Positions 55,285 to 64,000 of a stretch of DNA of 64,000 bases are shown here, piece after piece. Both the position numbers and the translations under genes were made by a program. Every line of letters starts with the position of its first letter. Within the stretch, counting starts at the first letter, position 1. Source of the stretch: Clostridia bacterium (lineage in GTDB: Bacteria > Bacillota > Clostridia > Christensenellales > UBA1242); the NCBI GenBank assembly GCA_017453125.1, contig JAFTKS010000007.1, forward strand, positions 28,361 through 92,360. The letters are read 5' to 3'. Below the pieces are notes generated by a model. It had not been told where the DNA came from and made no database searches. It was given only the letters and a program-made list of their open reading frames with translations.

Positions 55285-55893
55285 ATGAGTAGAGTTAAAA
55301 TTTTATCTGTAAAACAAAATAGAATAATATGTAGAGTCAAATCAAAGAATTCAAAATTGTTGATTCCTTTCTGTTTGTCTATTATAATTGCTTTTGTTGT
55401 AATGTTTTCTTTTGGAGGTGTTGATGTACAAAGTGTGGGAGGAAGAATGGGTTATGTGTTTGATCCTGTGAACTCTCTATATAATGATAATGGTTCGATT
55501 GTTTTTACAAGTGCGGGATATTATGTATCTAAGGAAAAGTTGGATTTTGTAATACCGATGTTGGGTGCTTCGATGACTATTGATGAAAGTGGTACTATTG
55601 ATATTGTTGTTGGTAATTCCATAATGGTAAAGGCTATTGAGTCTGGTGTTGTTGAGGATATTGGTATCTCGTTAAATGGTATAAAATACATAAAAATAAG
55701 ACATTCAAAAGATATTGTGAGTGAGATTCAAAATGTTGATATTGTTGGAGTAAATGTAGGTGCTAGTGTCAAAAAGGGGTTAGATATTGCCACAAGCAAA
55801 GAAAACACGCATATTTTTGTTAAAATATTTGATTGTGAAAAACAAGTAAAAAACATTAAAATTATTGAAAGTAAGATAATATGGGAAAAATAA
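55285..55893 (+). CDS. spoIVFA: SpoIVFA-like membrane protein with degenerate LytM/M23 domain
   Basis: N-terminal TM. M23-like fold signature (VKAIESGVVEDIG...IKYIKIRHSKD...VGVNVGASVKKGLDIA) lacking the catalytic His residues. It overlaps spoIVFB, with the same synteny after minD as in B. subtilis. Confidence 0.55.
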   Translation: MSRVKILSVKQNRIICRVKSKNSKLLIPFCLSIIIAFVVMFSFGGVDVQSVGGRMGYVFDPVNSLYNDNGSIVFTSAGYYVSKEKLDFVIPMLGASMTIDESGTIDIVVGNSIMVKAIESGVVEDIGISLNGIKYIKIRHSKDIVSEIQNVDIVGVNVGASVKKGLDIATSKENTHIFVKIFDCEKQVKNIKIIESKIIWEK

Positions 55894-56654
55894 AATTTAA
55901 ACCATTGTTTTTGATATATGTGTTTTTGTGTATGTATTTTGGATGGTATAATCAAATTTTTTATTATGTGATAACTGTGGTTTTACACGAGTATGGACAT
56001 CATTATATGGCAAGAAAATTGGGGTATGAAACTCAAGGAATTATTTTTAATGTTTATGGTGCGGGCTTAAATTCTAGTGCAATATACAAACGAAAAGATG
56101 ATATAATAGTTTCTTTGGCTGGACCTATTGTTAACTTGTTATTAATTGTTTTGATTGTTTGTTTTTGGTGGGTGTTGCCTTCTTCGTATTTGTTTACTCT
56201 TGAATTTTTGAAAAGTAATCTTGCTGTGATGATTTTTAATTTGATACCAATATATCCTCTTGATGGTGGAAGGGTTGTGGTGGCGTTGTTTGGACAAAAA
56301 TTCAAAAAAGAAAAAATTTTGAAAGTAAATAAAATGCTTTGTCTTATATTGGGTATAGTTTGTTGTATAGGATTTGTTGTCTCAATATTTTATTATGTAA
56401 ATTTTAGTTTTATTTTTATTGGTGTTTTTTTGATACTTAATTCAATAGATGTAAATAAGAATTTATATTTTGAAAAAAGTAGTGCTTTTGTAAAAGGTGA
56501 TAAAGAATTAGAGGTAAAAATTTTTAAAGTGAATTCTTTGGAAAAAAAGAAATTGCTTAAATATATTCGCTCTGACTATTATTCTATGTTTCTTTGTGAA
56601 AAACATAATAAGTTTATACTCAAGAGTGAAGAAGATATATTAAGTCTTGACTAG
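55881..56654 (+). CDS. spoIVFB: Site-2 (M50) intramembrane metalloprotease SpoIVFB
   Basis: HEYGH (HExxH) in a TM helix, and the NLIPIYPLDGGRV (NxxPxxxLDG) motif. Confidence 0.8.
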   Translation: MGKIKFKPLFLIYVFLCMYFGWYNQIFYYVITVVLHEYGHHYMARKLGYETQGIIFNVYGAGLNSSAIYKRKDDIIVSLAGPIVNLLLIVLIVCFWWVLPSSYLFTLEFLKSNLAVMIFNLIPIYPLDGGRVVVALFGQKFKKEKILKVNKMLCLILGIVCCIGFVVSIFYYVNFSFIFIGVFLILNSIDVNKNLYFEKSSAFVKGDKELEVKIFKVNSLEKKKLLKYIRSDYYSMFLCEKHNKFILKSEEDILSLD

Positions 56655-56771
56655 TGTTGAGGCTTTTTTTCTTTTACTTTCTTGATATATTTTTTTGTTC
56701 TTGTTATACTCTATGTATAATATATTAATTTATTTAGAGATTGTAAGTTAAAGTATTGGCTGTGTTAAATT

Positions 56772-58916
56772 ATGAAAGATAGACGATTGTTAAATATTAG
56801 ATTTTTATTTTCTGTTTTTCTTGGCTTGATGATGGGGATTATCATCGGAAAGCTTTTTCTTTTGCAAGATATAAATCTGTTTGGGTTTGTTTTTGCAATC
56901 CTTTTGTGCTGTGCTTTGATGGTTTGTGGTATTGTTTACGCTAGAAAAACTAATTCATTTAATGAATCGTCTAGATTTAGAAAGGGATTTGGTTTCAATC
57001 TTATTTCTTCTTGTATTGGTATGTTTTCGGCTTTTTGTGTTGGAATTGTTATTTTAATTGCTCCTATGACTCATATCAATTCTCTTCCTGACTTTGAAAA
57101 TGAAATGGTTATTACTGGACAAATTTGTGATTATGTTGACAATGAGGCTACTTATAAGAAGTTTGTTCTAAAAGAATGTGTTTGTGTAGACGGAGAATCT
57201 GAGTATTCTATAAGTGGCAAGATCCTAGTTTATTCTAGTAACTATGAACAAGTTCAATTAGGAGATATTGTATCTTTTTGTGGAACATTAGAACTTCTGG
57301 ATAAAAGAAATTCAAATGATTTTAATTGTATGAGTTCTGGAATATATTATTCAACTTATATGTCGTCTTCAACTATTGATGCTAGTGTGGGGTTTAATGC
57401 AAGGGATTATATAAAAAATTACGTAGATGGGGTATTGCATGAAAATTTAAATCAGGACAATGCTGATATTTCTTATTCTATTTTGTTTGGTGATAAATAT
57501 GGTCTGTCTCAAGAGATAAAATATATGTTTTCTTATTCAGGAATTTCTCATATTCTTGCAGTATCGGGTTTGCATATAAGTGTGCTTGTTGGGGTATTAT
57601 GGTTTCTTTTGGATAAGCTAAAATTGAATAGGTATGCAAAGTTGATAATTTTCGCTTTATTCCTTCTCTTTTATGCTTATTTATGTATGTTTTCTCCGAG
57701 TGTTTGCAGAGCATCTATAATGGCTATTGTTTTGGCAGTTTGCAAGTTGTTTTATTTTGAATACGATTCAATTTCGTCATTGAGCCTAGCTGGGATTGTA
57801 ATATTATTGATATCTCCATTATCTTTGTTTTCTGTGTCTTTTCAATTATCGTTCTTATGTATATTTGCAATAATTGCTTTTGCACCTGCTATAAGAAATA
57901 TATTTATTACTATCAAAATGCCAAAAGCTTTGAGTGAAGTTTTTGCTATAAGTATTGCTGTTAATGTTGTAATCCTGCCAGTATGTTTGAATGTTTTTTC
58001 TCAAGTGAGTTTGTTGGGAATTCTTTCAAATTTAATTGTTTTACCGATTTTTTCAATATTATATGTGTTATTGTTCACAATGGTACTAGTATCTTGTATC
58101 ATTCCGCCATTGGGATTTCTTCTTGCTATTCCAAATCTTTTTTTGCATTTGATAAAATATTTTGCTGACTATGTTTGTCGTATTCCTTTCGGAGTATTTA
58201 AAGCATTTAATGTGGGGTATTGGTTACTTGCGATGATGGTATTGCTTGCCCTTTTGATTCATTTTTTGATGACAAAGCATATAGGGAAGATGATTAGTAT
58301 AGTTCTTTTGTCGTTATGTATATGTAGTGTGTTTATAGTTTCTTCCTTGCCGAAAAATTATTCTAATGTTTCTTTTGTGTTGTCAAGGCAGAGGGCGAGT
58401 AGTGTTTGTATTTATGTTGAAAATGATATGACTATTCTGGTTGGGTCTAATATCAAAAAATATAATTTAATGAATATGATGAAACGTTTGAAAGTAAAAT
58501 CAATTGATACTATTGTTGCTTTTGATTTACAGATTAATCAATTAGATGAATTGAATGATATAATTGAATTTTGTGATACATCTTGTGTATATGTTCCGCA
58601 AGTTTATGGTTATGACCAATTGGCTAGTTCGATAAATTCAAATGTTATTTCAACTAACAATATCGAGTTTGATAATTGTTATATGAATATTGTTGAATAT
58701 AAAAGTAATTCTATAGCGTTAGAAATTGTTTCAGAACTCGGAACTGTTTTGCTAGCGAATACGGAAAATAACAAATCGGAAAATGTGTATTTATTTGAAA
58801 ATTGTTTTGATGTAGATTATGCTTTGTTGAATAAGCGTGGGTATTGGGCTGAAATTGAGTCTAAAAATGTAGATATTCTTTATTTTGAGGAAATAGGAGA
58901 ATGTGTTACAATGTGA
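56772..58916 (+). CDS. comEC: ComEC/Rec2-family DNA internalization channel protein
   Basis: DUF4131-like N-terminus and competence domain (SGISHILAVSGLHISVL). The C-terminal metallo-beta-lactamase-like region lacks all His/Asp metal ligands. Confidence 0.8.
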   Translation: MKDRRLLNIRFLFSVFLGLMMGIIIGKLFLLQDINLFGFVFAILLCCALMVCGIVYARKTNSFNESSRFRKGFGFNLISSCIGMFSAFCVGIVILIAPMTHINSLPDFENEMVITGQICDYVDNEATYKKFVLKECVCVDGESEYSISGKILVYSSNYEQVQLGDIVSFCGTLELLDKRNSNDFNCMSSGIYYSTYMSSSTIDASVGFNARDYIKNYVDGVLHENLNQDNADISYSILFGDKYGLSQEIKYMFSYSGISHILAVSGLHISVLVGVLWFLLDKLKLNRYAKLIIFALFLLFYAYLCMFSPSVCRASIMAIVLAVCKLFYFEYDSISSLSLAGIVILLISPLSLFSVSFQLSFLCIFAIIAFAPAIRNIFITIKMPKALSEVFAISIAVNVVILPVCLNVFSQVSLLGILSNLIVLPIFSILYVLLFTMVLVSCIIPPLGFLLAIPNLFLHLIKYFADYVCRIPFGVFKAFNVGYWLLAMMVLLALLIHFLMTKHIGKMISIVLLSLCICSVFIVSSLPKNYSNVSFVLSRQRASSVCIYVENDMTILVGSNIKKYNLMNMMKRLKVKSIDTIVAFDLQINQLDELNDIIEFCDTSCVYVPQVYGYDQLASSINSNVISTNNIEFDNCYMNIVEYKSNSIALEIVSELGTVLLANTENNKSENVYLFENCFDVDYALLNKRGYWAEIESKNVDILYFEEIGECVTM

Positions 58917-59007
58917 TATTATTAAAAGATTAATATTTTGCGATTTAATATTAAAATAATGTATGTAAAATTTTATTTGGTGATGATATATTTTGAGAGG
59001 GAGAATT

Positions 59008-59049
59008 ATGAAATTTGAAGAATTAAAGGCAAGTTTAAAACAAATATAA
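59008..59049 (+). pseudogene. holA: N-terminal 13 codons of holA in a different frame (frameshift junction)
   Basis: ATG 59008 has a strong RBS (GAGGGAGA). MKFEELKASLKQI-stop joins logically to NIKCVYVLSGVDEYLL in the -1 frame. Confidence 0.7.
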
Positions 59050-59063
59050 AATGTGTTTATGTT

Positions 59064-59984
59064 TTGAGTGGTGTTGATGAGTATTTGCTTATGTCTTCGT
59101 ATAATTTAATTACAAAGTATAGTGGTGTTGAATATGAAGAATTGAATGTAATTCAGTTCTCAGAAGGTGTAATTGATTGTGAAGATGTTGTAAGAGCGCT
59201 TAATACAATGCCAGTTTTTAGTAGTAAGAAGATTGTATATCTTGATTTGCGTATGGCTAAGAAATCGGAACTTAAGAATATAAAGAGTCTAAATGAATAT
59301 CTTTTATCTCCTAATGATATGGCGATACTGGTTATTAACTTGGGTGCTAACGATGATGATTTTGGAATTGATAAAAAGGCCGTAGATGTTGTTGATTGTA
59401 ATAAGTTGGATATAAAAATTGTACAAGCAAAAATTGTTGCAGTTTTGAAGTCTTATAATAAAGTGATTGATAGTGTTGCTATGAATCTTTTGATTGAGTA
59501 TTGCTTGGGGGATTTGGCTAAAATAATTGTTGAATGCGAGAAGTTGGTTGCTTTTGTTGGTGATCGTCAGCAGATTACTTCTAAGGATATCAAGGAAATT
59601 GTAACAAGAAGCATAGAATATCAAATTTTTGAATTAACTGAATCGTTGGCAAAAAAGAATACAACTAGGGTGTATTCTATCCTAGGAGATTTGAAGGCTA
59701 AAAAAGATGAATTCAAGATGCTACCAGCTTTGATTTATGCACATTTTAGAAGGTTGTTTCAGGTGTCGCTCAATCAGAAACTTTCAAACTTGGAAATATC
59801 CAAAATGCTTGGTATAAAAGAATTTGCGGTTAAGATGATTCAAAATCAAGTTAAATTATTTTCCAAGAGTGCGTTAAAAAAAATAAATCAACTTTGTGTT
59901 GATTTGGATTATGATTTAAAGCAAAGCAATATATCCCTTGAAAATGCTGTAGAGTTGATTGTGCTATCCATTTTAAATATGTAG
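59064..59984 (+). CDS. holA: DNA polymerase III delta subunit HolA (main frame; annotated from first in-frame start)
   Basis: Delta-subunit pattern (VYVLSGVDEYLL, IEYQIFELTESL) and position after comEC. The true N-terminus is upstream in another frame (see 59008..59049). Confidence 0.8.
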   Translation: MSGVDEYLLMSSYNLITKYSGVEYEELNVIQFSEGVIDCEDVVRALNTMPVFSSKKIVYLDLRMAKKSELKNIKSLNEYLLSPNDMAILVINLGANDDDFGIDKKAVDVVDCNKLDIKIVQAKIVAVLKSYNKVIDSVAMNLLIEYCLGDLAKIIVECEKLVAFVGDRQQITSKDIKEIVTRSIEYQIFELTESLAKKNTTRVYSILGDLKAKKDEFKMLPALIYAHFRRLFQVSLNQKLSNLEISKMLGIKEFAVKMIQNQVKLFSKSALKKINQLCVDLDYDLKQSNISLENAVELIVLSILNM

Positions 59985-60002
59985 GGAGTTAAAGAAAAAA
60001 AG

Positions 60003-60031
60003 AAAAGCACTAGAGTTTCTAGTGCTTTTTT
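60003..60031. terminator. Bidirectional terminator between holA and rpsT
   Basis: AAAAGCACTAGA-GTT-TCTAGTGCTTTT. Confidence 0.85.
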
Positions 60032-60036
60032 CATTA

Positions 60037-60525
60037 TTACTCAGCTTTCTTTGTTGTTTTTCTTGTAGTAGTTTTCTTTGCTGGTTTTTCTTCTGTTGTT
60101 TCAGCTTTTTTAGTTGTTTTCTTAGCAGGCTTTTCTTCAGTTGTAGTTTCAGCTTTTTTAGTTGTTCTTTTTGCTGGAGCTTTCTTTTCTGTAGCAGGCT
60201 CAGTAGTAGTTTCTACTTTTTCAACTTTCTTAGTTTCTTTCTTTTCTGCAACTGGAGCAGATGCTTTTGCTTTGTAAAGAGCTGAAGCAAGTCTTCCAAC
60301 TTTTCTGCTAGCAGTATTTTTATGAATTATTCCTTTGCTACAAGCGCTATCGATATAAGCATATACTTCTTTGCTGAATTTCTTTGCTTCTGCAACATTG
60401 CCTTCTTCGATAAGTTTTCTAAATTTTTTAACTAGTGTACTAAGTTTTGCTTTAACATATTTGTTTTCAGCAGTTCTTCTTTCAATAGTACTGATTCTTT
60501 TTTGTGCTGATTTGATATTAGCCAT
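60037..60525 (-). CDS. rpsT: 30S ribosomal protein S20 with ~75-aa Lys/Thr/Glu/Ala-rich repetitive C-terminal extension
   Basis: MANIKSAQKRISTIERRTAENK... is canonical S20 for ~86 aa. It is followed by repeats of EEKPAKKTTKKAETT. Confidence 0.9.
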   Translation of the reverse strand: MANIKSAQKRISTIERRTAENKYVKAKLSTLVKKFRKLIEEGNVAEAKKFSKEVYAYIDSACSKGIIHKNTASRKVGRLASALYKAKASAPVAEKKETKKVEKVETTTEPATEKKAPAKRTTKKAETTTEEKPAKKTTKKAETTEEKPAKKTTTRKTTKKAE

Positions 60526-60698
60526 TATTTTCTCCTTAAAAATTATCTTAATATTTCATAAATCTGCAGTATTTTAACATATCTAATTGAAAAAATCAAG
60601 AACATTTGCCGAATTTTTATTTTTGTTACTGAAATTTTTATGTTTAATGTTTGAAAAAGTTTGTTTTCTGTAAATAATTTACGCAAATAGGGAGTAAT

Positions 60699-61598
60699 TT
60701 GACTTGTATGGTTTCTGATTTGATTTTTGATTATTTAGATTGTGAGTCTGCTGAGGAAATATCTATATTGAGTATGGGTAGAGGTATTGTTCGAGATTCC
60801 TATGAGATTGTAACCGATGAAGAGTCTGTTCGTTATGGAAAACCTAAAGGTCGATATGAGTTGTTGGGGATTCCTGAAGTTGTAAGTTTAAATAGTGACG
60901 ATATCTGTAGTTGTACAGAGTATTTATCTGAAATATTAAAATCGATATTTGGAAATATAGATTCAAATGCTAAGATTTTAGTGGTTGGGCTTGGCAATAG
61001 GCATATTAGTTCGGATAGTTTGGGTGCAAAGGTCGCAGGAAAGATAAATATAACAATTGACACTAAGTTTCTTCCGCAAGTTATGGCAATTGCTCCATCG
61101 GTGATGGGGCTAACAGGTATTGAGACTGTAGATATTGTTGAGGGGGTAATTGCGAAAACTAGGCCGACACACGTTATAATTATTGATAGTTTATGTGCTA
61201 GTAGTGAAGAAAGGCTTGTTCGGTCAATACAGGTTACTAATACGGGTATTTGTCCGGGTGGAGGAATAGGCAACAAGCGAAAATGTATTGATGATAGTAT
61301 TGCTGAGAATGTGTTTTCGATAGGTGTGCCGTTGCTCATATTTGCGAGTACTTTTGTTGAGGGCGCATTGACAAAGCAAAGTATTACTTTTGATAGGGTT
61401 TCTGGTATTATGCATAGCCTGAAAAAATCCCAACAAAATAAGGATTTTGTTGATTTATGCAAATCGCTTGAGAGGGTTATGAAAGATAGTATGGATAATG
61501 TAATTGTTAGTATAAAAGATATAGAAGAGAGTGTTGAGGTTTTGTCTACAATCATTGCAAATGCTATTAATATTGCATTGGGTGTTGATGAGTATTAA
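60699..61598 (+). CDS. gpr: Germination protease GPR
   Basis: VVGLGNRHISSDSLGAKV and IIIDSL motifs of GPR endopeptidase. The start is TTG 60699 or ATG 60708. Confidence 0.85.
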   Translation: MTCMVSDLIFDYLDCESAEEISILSMGRGIVRDSYEIVTDEESVRYGKPKGRYELLGIPEVVSLNSDDICSCTEYLSEILKSIFGNIDSNAKILVVGLGNRHISSDSLGAKVAGKINITIDTKFLPQVMAIAPSVMGLTGIETVDIVEGVIAKTRPTHVIIIDSLCASSEERLVRSIQVTNTGICPGGGIGNKRKCIDDSIAENVFSIGVPLLIFASTFVEGALTKQSITFDRVSGIMHSLKKSQQNKDFVDLCKSLERVMKDSMDNVIVSIKDIEESVEVLSTIIANAINIALGVDEY

Positions 61599-61625
61599 AT
61601 TTATTTTTTAATCATCAAATATATT

Positions 61626-62168
61626 ATGAAAAAACTAATTTTAATTTCTATAAGTGTTATTGTTTTTTTTGTGGTTTTTGTATTGGTGATATTGTTTTTA
61701 TTTCCAATAAAATATCGGCATCAAGTTGAATATTTTTCAGAAAAATATGGACTATCGGAGTCTTTGGTTGCGAGTGTTATCAATATAGAGAGTAGATATG
61801 ATAAGAAAGCAATTTCAGAAGTTGGGGCAAAGGGGTTGATGCAAATAATGGATTCTACTGCTGATGAGTGTATAAGGAAATTGGGCATTGCTGAAACTTG
61901 GGATATTTTTGATGTTGAAGACAATATGGAGGTTGGTTGCTTTTATTTGAAATATTTGCTTGATATTTTTGAGGGTAATGTAATAAATGCTTTGTGTGCA
62001 TATAATTGGGGACTAGGAAATGTTCGGTCGTGGATAGATGCTGGAAATTGTGATGTGGCTGGAAATATAACAAATATACCCGTAAATGAAACCGCTAATT
62101 ATATAAAAAAATATAAGGTGTGCTATTGGGTTTATTCAAAAATATATAATTATAATGTTGAGGCTTAA
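61626..62168 (+). CDS. Membrane-anchored lytic transglycosylase (SLT domain)
   Basis: N-terminal TM. Catalytic ESRYD...GAKGLMQI and the AYNWG motif. Confidence 0.8.
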   Translation: MKKLILISISVIVFFVVFVLVILFLFPIKYRHQVEYFSEKYGLSESLVASVINIESRYDKKAISEVGAKGLMQIMDSTADECIRKLGIAETWDIFDVEDNMEVGCFYLKYLLDIFEGNVINALCAYNWGLGNVRSWIDAGNCDVAGNITNIPVNETANYIKKYKVCYWVYSKIYNYNVEA

Positions 62169-62271
62169 AATAAATACTTAGGTTATTTTAGGTCTTTTTA
62201 TTGACTTTTTTTTGTCTCTTTGTTATTCTAATATAGATTATTTTTATATTTAAATTACAAAGGTGGTAATT

Positions 62272-63735
62272 ATGCAAGATAATTTATACAAAGAAGTTGA
62301 TATAAGAGCAAATAAAATCAAAGAATTGAAAGAAATGGGAATCAATCCTTATGCGGAGAAGTTTGAAGAAACGCATACTATTTCTCAGGCTAGAACTCTA
62401 AAAGAGGGAGATAAAGTAAGCGTTGCTGGAAGAATTACGTTTAGACGTGCTTTTGGTAAATTTATGTTTATTCAAATTAGTGATATTTTTGATAAAATAC
62501 AAGTTTCACTAAGCATTAATGAGATTCCTGAAGATAAATATAAATTTTTCAAAGATTATGTTGATATTGGTGATTATGTTGGTGTGACTGGAGATATGTA
62601 TGTAACTCAAACTGGTGAAATTACAGTAAAAACTTATGAGTACAAGTTGTTGTCAAAGGCTGTTAATCCATTACCTGAGAAATATCATGGTCTTACCGAT
62701 ATTGAGGCAAGATATAGACAAAGATATCTTGACCTTATTAGCAACGCTGAAAGTAGACAAGTTCTTTTGGGTAGAAGTAAACTCGTATCGTTTATTAGAA
62801 GATATCTAGAAGATAATGGCTTTATTGAAGTGGAAACTCCAATTCTTCAAGGCGCTGTTTGTGGTGCTAGTGCAAAACCTTTCCTTACTCATCACAATGC
62901 TCTTGACAAAGAATGTAATCTTAGAATTGCCCCAGAAGTATACTTGAAACAAGTTGTTGCTGGTGGTTTCCCAAGGGTATTTGAGGTAGCTAAGTGTTTC
63001 CGTAATGAAGGTATGGATGCTTCTCACTTGCAAGAATTTACTCAAGTTGAGTGGTATGCTAGTTATTGGAATTTTGAAGATAATATCAAATTCTTCTCAG
63101 GATTCATTCGTAGTATTGTTGAGCATATGCTTGGTGGTCATACAATTAATGTTAATGGTGCAGATTTTGATATTTCTCAAGAATTTAAACGTGTTAATTA
63201 TGCCGAGACAATTAATTCGGTTCTTGGCTTTGACGTGTTGCCTTTGCAAGAAAACTTGGAAGAATTGAAGGCTAGGGTTATTGCAACAAATCTTTTTGAA
63301 GAAGATGAGATTGCATATCTAAAATCAGCGGGTGCTGTTATTGATTATGTTTATAAAAGAAAGATTCGTCCAGAAATTGTTAATCCTACAATTCTTTATA
63401 ATTATCCTGCTTGTCTTGTACCTCTTGCTAGACGTAGTGACAAAGACGAAAGGATTATTGAAATGTTCCAATTCTTGATTAATGGAGAAGAGTTGTGCAA
63501 GGCTTATAGTGAGCTTGTTGATCCTGCTATTCAGAGAAAGACTCTAGAAGACCAGGCTAAGGCAAAAGCAAGTGGAGATGAAGAGGCTATGGACGTTGAT
63601 GAAGATTTCTTGCTTGCTATGGAACACGGTATGCCACCAATGAGTGGATTGGGTATGGGAATTGATAGATTGCTTGTTATGTTATATGCACAGCCATCTA
63701 TTCGTGATGTTGTATTGTTCCCAATAATGAAATAA
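62272..63735 (+). CDS. lysS: Lysine--tRNA ligase (class II)
   Basis: OB-fold N-terminus, motif 2 FRNEGMDASHLQEFTQVEWY, motif 3 GLGMGIDRLLVML. ATG 62272 lies after AAAGGTGG. Confidence 0.95.
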   Translation: MQDNLYKEVDIRANKIKELKEMGINPYAEKFEETHTISQARTLKEGDKVSVAGRITFRRAFGKFMFIQISDIFDKIQVSLSINEIPEDKYKFFKDYVDIGDYVGVTGDMYVTQTGEITVKTYEYKLLSKAVNPLPEKYHGLTDIEARYRQRYLDLISNAESRQVLLGRSKLVSFIRRYLEDNGFIEVETPILQGAVCGASAKPFLTHHNALDKECNLRIAPEVYLKQVVAGGFPRVFEVAKCFRNEGMDASHLQEFTQVEWYASYWNFEDNIKFFSGFIRSIVEHMLGGHTINVNGADFDISQEFKRVNYAETINSVLGFDVLPLQENLEELKARVIATNLFEEDEIAYLKSAGAVIDYVYKRKIRPEIVNPTILYNYPACLVPLARRSDKDERIIEMFQFLINGEELCKAYSELVDPAIQRKTLEDQAKAKASGDEEAMDVDEDFLLAMEHGMPPMSGLGMGIDRLLVMLYAQPSIRDVVLFPIMK

Positions 63736-63745
63736 TGAGGAAAAT

Positions 63746-64000
63746 ATGAGTTTGTTTTTTGTAGATAGTAGTTGTGATTTGGGGAAATCCCAAATTAAGA
63801 AACTTGGAATTGAATGTATTGATTTGTCATATTCGATTAATGACAAAATTTTCTGCCAAGATGATGAATTTGAGTATGCAAAGTTTTATTCAAAGCTTAG
63901 AAAAGGTACGGTTCTTAATGAAATTGGTCTTGAAAAAGAGGATTATATAAATATTTTTTCGCCAATCTTGGAAACTGGTGAAGATATTGTTTATGTTTAT
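63746..64000 (+). CDS. DegV-family fatty-acid-binding protein (3' end beyond window)
   Basis: An open frame from ATG 63746 to the window edge, absent from the ORF track because it has no stop. FFVDSSCDL N-terminus typical of DegV. Confidence 0.7.
   Translation, partial: MSLFFVDSSCDLGKSQIKKLGIECIDLSYSINDKIFCQDDEFEYAKFYSKLRKGTVLNEIGLEKEDYINIFSPILETGEDIVYVY

Noticed and set aside
60022-60285. Plus-strand ORF MLFSLLLSFLCCFSCSS... (Cys/Phe/Ser-rich)
   Set aside because: It is the antisense reading of the repetitive Lys/Thr/Glu tail of rpsT and begins inside the bidirectional terminator.
60833-61555. Long antisense ORFs: 60833..61555 (-, opposite gpr), 54644..55270 (-, opposite minD/minE), 34491..35111 (-), 45159..45668 (-), 22336..22893 (-), 1496..1951 (-), 18655..19134 (-)
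   Set aside because: Each lies opposite a confidently identified gene or spans an intergenic region. Their Ser/Ile/Leu/Thr-rich, low-complexity composition is typical of the reverse frame of AT-rich genes, and none has an RBS.
1-64000. CRISPR arrays, rRNA genes, IS elements/transposases, integrases, prophage structural genes
   Set aside because: No regularly spaced short repeats, no rRNA-like conserved stretches and no DDE, tyrosine or serine recombinase motifs were seen in any of the listed ORFs. The only repeats are the gene-3'-end duplications reported above.

Overview
AT-rich chromosomal segment from an endospore-forming, low-GC Firmicute that looks Clostridia-like. Nearly all genes are on the + strand. 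The core content is clpP-clpX-engB; a dcw cell-division/cell-wall cluster (rsmH, ftsL-like, class B PBP, murE, mraY, murD, ftsW ... murA, ftsQ, ftsA, ftsZ) running directly into spoIIGA-sigE-sigG; tRNA-Asn; hflX; uvrB-uvrA with a LexA box; rlmD; an mreB-like gene with minD-minE-spoIVFA-spoIVFB; comEC-holA; rpsT; gpr; lysS; degV. mraZ, murF, murG, minC and mreCD are not in the window. The most unusual signal is at DNA level. At three separate loci the 3' end of a conserved gene (ftsW, tRNA-Asn, rlmD/rumA) is duplicated as direct repeats that bracket small cargo segments of 2.77 kb, 0.69 kb and 0.50 kb, and none carries a recombinase. They resemble decayed or cis-mobilizable att-flanked cassettes. 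Other notable items: (1) four perfect DnaA boxes, one pair forming a 22-bp palindrome, in the mraZ-less leader of the rsmH-ftsL-PBP operon; (2) a GC-rich run of hairpins next to tRNA-Asn; (3) an XRE-controlled promoter with two GAACA-N3-TGTTC operators that differ from the uvrB LexA box by one spacer base; (4) HflX fused to an N-terminal domain with a complete JAMM motif; (5) holA split by a frameshift located at a T_TTA_AAA heptamer; (6) ribosomal protein S20 with a repetitive Lys/Thr/Glu tail; (7) a stand-alone GlmU acetyltransferase domain; (8) a divergent MreB-like protein directly upstream of minDE; (9) several Cys-rich or tiny hydrophobic proteins. No CRISPR array, rRNA, transposase or integrase was seen. 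All homology calls come from motif recognition by eye, and no database search was possible.
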